A stretch of 64,000 nucleotides of DNA from contig OX597815.1 of NCBI GenBank assembly GCA_951406725.2, forward strand, positions 151,962,001-152,026,000. The letters run 5' to 3'. Each line of letters starts with the position of its first letter. Positions within the stretch are counted from its first letter, which is position 1. Of the stretch, positions 50,976 to 61,059 are shown piece by piece. Below the pieces are notes generated by a model. It was not told the DNA's origin. It made no database searches and saw only the letters and a list, made by a program, of their open reading frames with translations. The translations under genes and the position numbers were made by a program. This stretch comes from Octopus vulgaris. Its lineage: Eukaryota.

Positions 50976-52401
50976 ATTTAAGAGATGAAGAATTTACAAT
51001 TGACAGATATTTATCCTCATCTTGTTTGTTGTTAACACAATGTTTCAGCTGATATACACTCCAGCCTTCATCAGGTGTCTTAGGAAAAGGTATTTTTCGA
51101 TGTTGGTGTTGTTATTAACAAGGGCTTATAAATTTAATATTCTCCTATCCTTCCTTAATACCGGTTTCTATATGCTGTTCCTAACTGCAGTCAGTCTGCT
51201 TAGGAGGTTGTTGTGTCCTAGCATATGTACAGCTTCTTTTAGTTTTCATATTTTCCAGTGGTGTTCTCTGTCTATTTTAACTTCATCCCACAGGGGAAGG
51301 TGGTCTCCATTTTTCCATACATGATTAGCTATACCCGATTTATCAATATCTCCTCATGTCACAGCTTTGCAATGTTCCTCTACTCTTATTTTGAGAGGGC
51401 AGCATGTTTAATCTTAGTATAACCTACCACAGCTGCATGGGATGGAGTATTACACAGTCTTTGGTCATATTCTCTTCTATTGGTGGTTTTAATCGAAGGA
51501 GATATTTGCGAAGTGTTGTATTACTCTTGAATACTGTCATATGGGCTGCATATCTTTTGTATCTTTTTTTTCTACCTACTTCAGAATGGACACTGATATA
51601 TGTGAACAAGAAGAGGGTTTAGCTATAGGTTCACTATTATCACTGATAGTAGCCACTATTATCACTGATACATGGAATTTGTTTTTAAGAATTTGGCTTT
51701 AGAATCAACACCACTAAAACCAATCCTATGGCTGCAATATGTTGATGATACCTTCATACTCTGACCTGACAGGAAGATGTCCTAGTACTGTTAGATCACG
51801 TGAACTCAATAAAGCCATCCATACAGTTCACAAGGGAAAAGGAAAAAGACAATCAGTTAGCATTCCTGGACGTATTATTAACATGCACCAATTATGGATC
51901 CAGGACATCTGTATACTGCAAGCCAACCTTCACTGGACGATACCTCAACTTCAATTCCACAGTGTAAAGAGAGTGATTGCTCAGTACCTAAAACATTGAG
52001 CAAAGAATATAAGTAGCAATCCTGATATCCACCACAAAGAAATGATCAAGCTAAGTAACAATCTATTAAGCAACAACTACCCCAAAAACATACTATCCAC
52101 TCCAATTATGAAGAAAAGAAAGGATGAAACCAATAAACTGTCCACACTCTGTCTACACTATGAGAAAGGCCTCTCTGAATAGATACAAAAGATATGTGGC
52201 CAATATGAATAGCATATGGGAACTGGTATTAAGGACAGAAAGGAAAATATTAGGTTTATAATCCCTAAAATTCATTCCATAATTGCCCACAAGCATAAGG
52301 CATAGTGGTTAACAGCATGGGCTACTAACCCCAAGATTTTGATTCCAGGCAGTGACCTGATTAATAATAATATTAATAATAATAATGATATATGATGATG
52401 G

Positions 52402-52442
<41 letters not shown>

Positions 52443-53052
52443 TCCTGTACATTGTTTTGTTCTGGTATAAAAGTTGGGCTACAGCAAATATTCTGCTCAA
52501 TACCACAGATGCCTTGATACAGTACCAGGCAGTGGCTCTCGAGGCTTCAGATCTTAACCGACTGGAGGTGTTATCATGTACATTGTTTTGTCTTGGTATA
52601 AAAGATGGGCTACAGCAAATATTCTGCTCAATACCACAGATTTGTTTGACCGTAACATGTTGAGCATGTCCCTTAGTGGCTGACAATATGTGCATCTCTG
52701 ATCATGGGCAGAAGTAGTGGGGAGCATCATAGCCTTGTGTTGAGAGGGATTCTTTGGGGTTTGAATAATTCACCTCTGAAAACATGGATGTTTCCTTCAA
52801 CATCCTTAAACAACCCTTATTCAGGGACCTTTTGAGTGGGATGGGTTACTCGACCAGAAGAAAATTCTAACTGGGCCCCACCTGCAAGCTCATGCGCTGT
52901 TTATCTTGATATGAGATCACCATGTCGTGCAAATATGGTCGTGATGCATGTGTCTAGTGTACCCTTATCAGATTGGTAGTCATGATGGGTATACTGGGCT
53001 TCGTATATTTTACCCTGGTGTCACTTTGATGCCATGCACTGCTCTCTCATTC

Positions 53053-53086
<34 letters not shown>

Positions 53087-53290
53087 TTAATAATAATAAC
53101 ATCGGAAAAATACCTTTGGAATGAGAACCCAGATTCAAAATTCCCTCAGGACACCTGATGAAGGCTGGAGAGTACATCATCAGAAATGGTTTGTTAAAAG
53201 CAAACAAGATGAGGACAAATATCCATCAAATGTAAATAATGTAAATAATGTACATAATTCCTCATCTCTCAAATAGAGAACTGTATAACC
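50975..53290. mobile_element. Two decayed Penelope fragments in divergent orientation
   Basis: 50975-51640 (-) has a GIY-YIG-region remnant and 3' end. 51690-52265 (+) has RT C-terminus (QYVDDTF, LAFLDVL, YCKPTFTGRYLNF). Its 3' end resumes at ~53100-53290 after an inserted repeat. Confidence 0.75.
51034..51079 (-). ncRNA. Minimal hammerhead motif at the 3' end of a Penelope fragment
   Basis: Minus strand: GACAC-CUGAUGA-AGGCUGG..UCAGCU-GAAAC-AUU-GUGUU. Stem I GACAC/GUGUU. A more decayed inverted copy is at 53150-53195 (+). Confidence 0.65.
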
Positions 53291-53769
53291 ATCATCATTT
53301 AATGCCTAGATGGGTTGACAGAATCTGAAGGACAACACCATGGTCAATGTTTGCTTGGGCATAGTTCCCATGGCCAGATACCCTTCTTCATGCCAACCAC
53401 TTTTCAGAGTCTATACTGAGTGCTTTTCATGGTCCCAGCACTAGTGAGGTCACTAAGTTACTTGAATGACAAGACTCCTAACTCTGTGTGTGTGTGGGGG
53501 GGGATGCATACATCCATATATATATATATATATATCTTGATACATGCATACATATATGTATATACATCTCTATATCTATATACCTCTAGGTCTCCTGCCA
53601 GTTGACTCAACTTGAAGAATCCATCTTGTAATTCTTTCTTATGACTTTCGAGTCCATAGTACCAGGGTTGTGACCTCTCAATACAGAGAAGTTGCAGCTT
53701 GATCCGGAAAGATTCTCTGATCTGTTGATATCACTGTCGTCTTTAGGGTTTAGGAGCATTGTGTCTAGG

Positions 53770-54375
53770 ACTCTTGTTTAAATGTATCAGTGTTGTTTAA
53801 GCTTAGAAGTATTGTTTAAGTGTAGTAGTACCACTTAAGTGTAAGGGTGCTATTTAAGTGTAAGCATATCACTTAAATGTAGGAGTTTTATTAAGTGTAG
53901 GGGTGCTATTTAAGTGTTGGAGTGCCATTTAAGTGTAACACTGCTATTTAACTGTAGTAGTTCTATTTAAGTGTAGCAGTGCTATTTAAGTGTAGGTGTG
54001 CCATTTATATGTAGCAGTACTTTTGAAGTGTAAGGGTGCTATTTAAGAGTAGTAGTGCCATTTAAATGTAGCAGTGCTATTTAAGTGTAGCAGTGCTATT
54101 TAAGTGTAGCAGTGCTATTTAATTGTAAGGGTACTATATAAGTGTAGGGTGTTATTTAAGTGTAGGTGTATATTTAAGTATAGGGGTGCTATTTAAATGT
54201 AGGGGTGCTATTTAAGTGTAGGAATGCTATTTAAGTGTAGGGGTGCTATTTAAGTGTAGGGTTGCTATTTAAGTGTAGGGGTTCTATTTAAGTGTAAGGG
54301 TACCATTTAAGTGTAGGGATGCTATTTAAGTGTAAGGGTAATATTCAAGTGTAGGAGTGCTGTTTATTTGTGCAG
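53770..54375. repeat. 19-bp minisatellite, about 30 copies
   Basis: Consensus (c/g)(a/g)GTGCTATTTAAGTGTAG, head to tail with no spacers. Confidence 0.95.
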
Positions 54376-54420
54376 GGATTTATATTGAATGATAAAAAAC
54401 ATGATTGTTTTATGTTACAG

Positions 54421-54459
54421 AAAGAAGACCAAATTTCAGAAACACTGGAGTATTTGAAA
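54421..54459 (+). CDS. Candidate 39-nt micro-exon, gene unidentified
   Basis: ttttatgttacAG| and |GTAAGT consensus sites, length a multiple of 3. Open in phase 0 (KEDQISETLEYLK) and phase 1 (RRPNFRNTGVFE). Confidence 0.35.
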
Positions 54460-55342
54460 GTAAGTGCACTTATCATTTGTAATACTAAGGCTGAGTCATC
54501 GGGGCACAAGTATGGCTGGGTGGTTAAGCAATTAACTTGATAACCACATAGCTTTGAGTTTAGTCCCACAGTGGTCAAGTGTCTTGTCTGGTAGGTTTTC
54601 TGTTATGGTCTCAGGCTGACCAAAGACTTGTGAGTGAATTTGGTAGATGGGAATTGAAAGAAGCCTGTTGTGTGTGTGTGCATGTTTTGTGTGTGCATGT
54701 TTTGTGTGCACATGTGCATGTGCATCTGTCTGCACATGTATACATGTGTACACACTTGCATATGTGTTTACATGTGTGTGCATGTGTGTGTGTGTGTGCA
54801 TGCGTGCGTGCATGTGTGTATGTGTGTGTGTGCATGTCTATGCATTTGTTAACATTTGGGTCTCTTTGAAAGTCCCTGAGCTATAGGTTGTTTTCATTTC
54901 TCCTGTCAATAAATCATTCACTGGCTTTTCACATTCAAAGATTTGTGGAATCGGTGACCTCTTATTTGAAAAGCAGTAAGGGTCAGTGACAAGAAAAGCG
55001 TCTGGCTGTAAAACAATGCTTCAGCAGTATATTCTTCTAAATTATTTTTTTTATTTATGAAACCCTTTGTTTCTGTTTTATTCTATTGGACTCCATAACC
55101 ATTTGGTGTTTAAAAAAAAATCCTCTTGTATTTCCATAATCAAATATTATGAGGAACTGCATAAAAAACATTGTTAAAACATTTTGTGTATAATAGAAGT
55201 ATGGTCAATTTACCGCACATAAATTTTAAGAACAAAATTTTATATGAACTAACAAGGGTCATGTGGACCCCAGTTGAAAACTACACATCTAATCCATTCT
55301 AGAGTTGAAAACAGGACATAAAAGAAACAAGTGAAAATATCC

Positions 55343-55374
<32 letters not shown>

Positions 55375-55594
55375 TTGTGTGTCTATGTGTCTGTGTTTGT
55401 GCCCCCAACATCGCTTGACAACTGGTGCTGGTGTGTTTACGTCTCCGTAACTTAGCAGTTCGGCAAAGAGACCAATAGAATAAGTACTAGGCTTACAAAG
55501 AATAAGTCCTGGGGTTGATTGCTTGACTAAAGGTGGTGCTCCAGCATGGTCGTAGTCAAATGAATGAAACAAGTAAAAGAGTAAAAAGTAAAGA

Positions 55595-55629
<35 letters not shown>

Positions 55630-55869
55630 TGTAGAAGTTTGAAAAGGAACACACGAGTTGATGTATGTGGATAAAAAAGTCAAGGTATAAATGCTAAAAT
55701 AATTTTATAAAAAACATTTCATTACCAGTTTCAATCATTGAGACTTTTTCAACTGTAAGCATGGAAAACAATAAAACTTTGGAAAAGTTAAAAGAAAAGG
55801 TTTTTAAAAGAATATTTGCATAGTATTCAAATACAAGTGGCATTTTCCTTGTTTCTGCATGTCTCTGTC

Positions 55870-55926
55870 TCTCTTGTTTACTCTTGTGGGTTTGAGGACC
55901 TCAAACCCACAAGAGTAAACAAGAGA
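55870..55926. repeat. Perfect 28-bp-arm hairpin with 1-nt spacer
   Basis: tctcttgtttactcttgtgggtttgagg-a-cctcaaacccacaagagtaaacaagaga. Confidence 0.95.
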
Positions 55927-57220
55927 AACCAGTACTGAAATGTTTTTTATAAAATTATTTTAGCATTTTCTACTTCCGTACTTTTTCCATATATATATAT
56001 ATATATATGGGAAGCACCTGTCGGTTATGACGAGGGTTCCGGTTGATCCTAATCAACGGAACAGGCTCAGCCGTGAAATTAATGGGCAAAAGTGGCTCAG
56101 CACTCCACAGACACGTGCACCTAACGTAGTACTGGGATATATATATATATACACATACACACATACATATTTTCATACATACACACACGCACATACATAT
56201 AAATATGTATCTTGTGTAGATTAATCAAAAAGAACCGATACCTTAGTAGCAAAAATCACAGCGGTGTGTGTGTGTGTTGGTGCGGATAATTGAAATTAGT
56301 GGAGTTTTGTTTTATTTCATTCTACACGTGTTTCAAAGGCACAAATTACCAAAATCCGATGGAATAATGGGACCATATTGTGTCTTTCTCTTTTGTTCTG
56401 GCGAAACTGTTTATCAGTGTATGTTGAGAACCGGTATGAAGAATTCAACTACAAGTGAGGGGTGTAGATGTTCTTTGTGACCGAGAATAAAGTTCTGACA
56501 GTATACTGATCGTCTCCGGCTGTCAGTGGCTACTGCCGTGATAACCGTTGTTGGCATTCCCCTTTGCAGTGGTTAATCGTGATATCTTAAAGGCTATTTC
56601 AGAATTTGTTACCAAGGGCCATGCAAGGCTGGCATTATTTATAAACGCTATTTAAAAGCCAGATAAGTGTAACGCCGCCAATGGGGGCATCGAAAAGCCG
56701 ACTGTAAAGCCCGTTTACCATCCGGCCTCTGGCAAACAAAAATATGGAAGAGTTCGGAGACACAAAGGTTGCACTGCCTTCTGCCCCTATCTTGGCCACC
56801 GACAAAATTGACCATTCCAGCCTGTAGCTTGCTCAGCCTCAGTCGACCGAGGATGAGGCCCCCACATAAGTGAAGACATCTGAGTTTGTTGAATCTAATT
56901 CTGCTAGAATTAGTTTCTGATTGTCATTGCTACTGCTCGTGGTGCTGCTATTGCGGGAAATGATGCAAACCTTCATACCCCTGGGTACCTCTGGCTGGAG
57001 CTGAGATTATGTGTCACTGCTGTAGTCCTAACAAGTAAAAGATAATTCGGGTGGGTGATTCTCGGATGAATAACGGGTCTTGGGTTAAAAAGAAAATGTG
57101 TCTTGAAGACATTCAGACCAGGAATTGAAATGTAGTGAACAAAACAGAAAGAACCAAATATATAGTGGAACTTTGAGTTCAGACATACAAGTATGGCAGA
57201 TGGGGGACACTGCTGGACAG

Positions 57221-57449
57221 TACAATGGGGGATGCTGAAAAGTTATCCTGGCTTTCAGGGTATTGCTAAAAGCCTGATTTGAGGCCCAGTCTTCCGATTT
57301 CTTTCACAGGGCTTAGAAAAACTGAAGGACAGCTAAAATAAGTGTGTGAACCCAAGTGGGAGATTTGTTGAATAAAAAATCATAATTAACTGATCTTCCT
57401 GTGTTTTCTTTTGCCCAAAATGAAGAAATTTTTAGTACCTCCCTCATAT
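57221..57449. mobile_element. Decayed mariner-like MITE
   Basis: Imperfect TIRs gggggatgctgaaaagtt / aatttttagtacctccctc with TA flanks. Confidence 0.55.
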
Positions 57450-57599
57450 ATTATAGCTGCACCCCACAACTCTACAAATAGTTGAGAACTCAAACAAGCA
57501 AGAAAGCAAAACACTTTTAGGTGAGAGAGTATTTGTAAAAATCTAAAGAAGAAATAATTATAAAACAATATTAATCCTTGACTGATATTATTTCCATGA

Positions 57600-57896
57600 A
57601 TGCAAAAGTGGATGATTGTTACCTAGCTCAGATACCAAAAGACCCCAAAATGGCAGAAATTCAAAAGATAGTGCTCATGGTAACTGCTCATATCCTACAT
57701 AAAAACTGTCTTTGTAATCTCAAATTTTAAAACAAACACATAATTTTCTTATGGTTTCTTGAATATTCTCTAGATCAACACTATGTACAAAACCAAATAT
57801 ATGGCACCCTAGGCATAACACCAGCATGAAATTCTAACTTGTTGTCTCTTGAGGTCTCTGGGTGAGACTTGGAGCCAACTTGTACAAATGCAAAAC

Positions 57897-57940
<44 letters not shown>

Positions 57941-60565
57941 CATAATAATAATAAATGGAAACAATTGAAAGAAGAGGCAAATGAAAATGATAATAATAAT
58001 AATAACGACGATAATAATAAATTATCAAGCAAAAGGTAAATATTTTAGATCTCCCTCAAAATAAAATAAGTTAGGAAACTTACATACCTACAGCTATCGA
58101 ACACACAAACGGTCAGCTTAAAATACAAAAAAAAAAAATCTTTAATATCTACAACTAATTGGCAAGAGTGTATCCAACAACAAATTAAACTACTTTGGTC
58201 TGACATAGAATGTTTGAAAAACCTTAAGGTTGACAAGACTACCAAACCTATGAAAACACCAAAATTAAAGAAAAAAATATAATATGAAAACTATACTTGA
58301 TATTGATGTCACCAAAGAAACCATCAAGCAAAAGGTATCTGCTAAAGCTGCCTGCATAGCGAGGTATGAAAAGTGTGATAGATTCTTCAAGGACAACATC
58401 TTCAAAAATAACCTCAAAACTTTTTACAGGAAGATAGGGAAAACACCAGTTACTGTAAAGTCTGTACCATCAAAAGAAGAAGTGCAGGGATTTTGGAATA
58501 AAATTTGGGCAGAAGAAAAAACACACAACGAAAAGGCCCCTTGGATTGATAGAATATCTGCAGACTTGGACTCCTTAGAGGAGCAAAAGTGGCAGGGTGT
58601 CAAGGTAGAAGATATAAGATCTGCTCTCAGGAGGTGAAGCAAATGGAAGTCTCCAAGAGAGGATAAAATTCCTAACTTCTGGTTGAATGCCTTCCCAGAG
58701 AGTTATGATATGCTAACAAAATTTTACAACAATGTTTTGTAACAACCTAGTACGATTTGGCCTCGATAAATGTGCAAACACTACCTTTATCAAAGGAAAA
58801 ATGACAGAAACATCTAACGTTAACCTTGACCAGCAGAATGTCATAAAAGAATTAGACCCAGCGGAGAGCTACAAGTACCTAGGGGTAATTGAAGGGGACG
58901 GAATAAGGCATTCAGTGATGAAGGAAAGGATCAAGAGAGAATGTTATCGCAGAGTAAGAGCAATACTCAAGACAGAGCTGAATGCGAGCAACAGGATCGA
59001 AGCGATCAATGTTTTAGCCATACCAGACGTGACTTACAGTTTAAATATCATTAACTGGTGAATTACTGAAATATGTAATATTGACAGAAAAATACGAAAA
59101 CTGTTGACAATGCAAATACTTGTTTCAGTCATTTGACTATGACCATGCTGGAGCACCACCTTTAGTCAAGCAATTAACCCCAGGACTTATTCTTTGTAAG
59201 CCTGAAGACTAAAACAATACCTGTTGTTATAGGTGCCCTAGGAATGATAGCAAAGGGGCTGATTGCTACCTAACTCAGATACCAGGAAACCCCAAAATGG
59301 CAGAAATTCAAAAGATAGTGCTCATGGGAACTGCTCATATCCTATGCAAAATACTTTCTATGTAATCTCAAGTTTTAAAACAAACATAATTTTCCTATGG
59401 TTTTTTTAGACATTTACTAGTACAACACTAAGTACAAAACCAAATATATGGCACGCTAGGCATAACACCAACATGAACTTCCAACTTGTTGTCTCTTGAG
59501 GTCTCTGGGTGAGACTTGGAGCCAACTTGTACAAATGTAAAGCAAAAGTCAAACATAGAATAATAATGATGATGATGATGATGATGATAATAATAATGAG
59601 ATTGAAACTATAGACCACCATGAGATTGAAACTATGGACCACATTGAGATTGAAACTATAGACCTCCTTGAGATTGAAACTATAGACCACCTAATCTCAG
59701 TATGTAGTGAAATTGAAATTATAGATCACCTAATGTCAGGATGATGAGTCTTAGCACCTGTAGAATATAAAGCAAGACATGACAGAGTCAACCAGTATTT
59801 ACACTGGACAATATGTTGGCATTATAAAATCAAAACCGCTGACAAATGGTATAAACACCATCCTGAAGCTGTGACTGAGGGAGAAAATGTGTCAATTTTC
59901 TGGGACTTCCCTATACATACTGACAAAATTATAAAAGCTAATAAACCAGATATTATAAAAGATCAGACAAAAAGGTGTGTTTATTAATTGACATGAGTAT
60001 TCCTTGCGATCACAATATAGCGCCGAAAGAATTTGACAAGATCAGTAAATATAAAGACTTGCTAATAGAAATGGAAAAAATGTGGCATCTCAAGGTGACT
60101 ACAGTACCAGAGATTGTAGGATCTCTAGGAATGATAGAAAAAGGTACTGAAACCTATTTGAAAATGATACCAGGCTTACCATCCCTACAAGAAGTGCAAA
60201 AAATTGTGTTAACTGGAATGACTCATGTACTGAGAAGAACATTCATGAATTTATTTATTTGTTAATTTTTCTAAATACATATTTTACCTGTGAATTTGCG
60301 TGTATAATCTAGGAATGCATACAATGTGCTTCTCTGCCCTAGGTGTACGAAAAACACTCGGTGAGAAATGGAAGAAAATTTGAAGATAGATGGAAAAAAA
60401 AACTATAATAATAATAATAATAATAATCATAATAAAAATAAAGGAAAAATTTAAACAAGAAATGAACAAAAAAAAAGAAGAAAAACCATGGAAAGAAAAG
60501 AAAATGTACGATCAGTTTGCAAGATAGATACAGAGGACTGGTAAAATAATAAAAGAATATTGATG

Positions 60566-60605
<40 letters not shown>

Positions 60606-60620
60606 TAATAATAATTCCTT
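57600..60620 (+). mobile_element. Nest of Dong/R4-like LINE fragments separated by (TAA)n tracts
   Basis: Duplicate 3' ends at ~57600-57900 and ~59210-59560. RT remnants FGLDKCA and YKYLG. REL remnant LLIDMSIPCD..KISKYKDL at 59975-60265. Confidence 0.8.
59596..59691. repeat. 24-bp tandem repeat x4
   Basis: (a/t)tgagattgaaactatagaccacc. Confidence 0.9.
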
Positions 60621-60770
60621 GCCCTTTCACTAATGACTGTGTGATTTTGATACCTGTTTTTGCTGTTTTAAATGCACCTTACCTTTTAAGTTTGTTTATT
60701 TTGATAATTACATACATAGACACATATTCGTTATATTAAAATTTATGAAATTTTGTTTATCCATTTGCAG

Positions 60771-60805
60771 GAAATGTAAGAAAATGGTGGAGGAATCACA
60801 AATGA
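60771..60805 (+). CDS. Candidate terminal exon, possibly partner of 54421-54459
   Basis: Acceptor ttttgtttatccatttgcAG| in unique sequence. Gives EM* (phase 0) or RNVRKWWRNHK* (phase 1), followed by AT-rich UTR-like DNA. Confidence 0.25.
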
Positions 60806-61059
60806 GAGCAAAGCATTTTCATTTTATTACATTTACAAAATCAATTTGAAAAATTTAAACAAAAAAGAAAAACCAACTCTCTTACTGTAAAAAAAATACA
60901 GTTGAATTAAATATTTGTAACAGAAAATATTATTTCGATAAAGTAATTTTTTTTTATATTTCGTCATTGTTTTTTTTTAAATTTCTTTTTAAATGGTTTA
61001 CCCAGACATCTCCTCTTTTACTTGTTTCATTCATTTGGCTGCAGCCATGCTGGAGCACT

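Noticed and set aside
53770-54375. CRISPR-like array
   Set aside because: Units are contiguous 19-mers with no unique spacers, there are no cas genes, and the context is eukaryotic.
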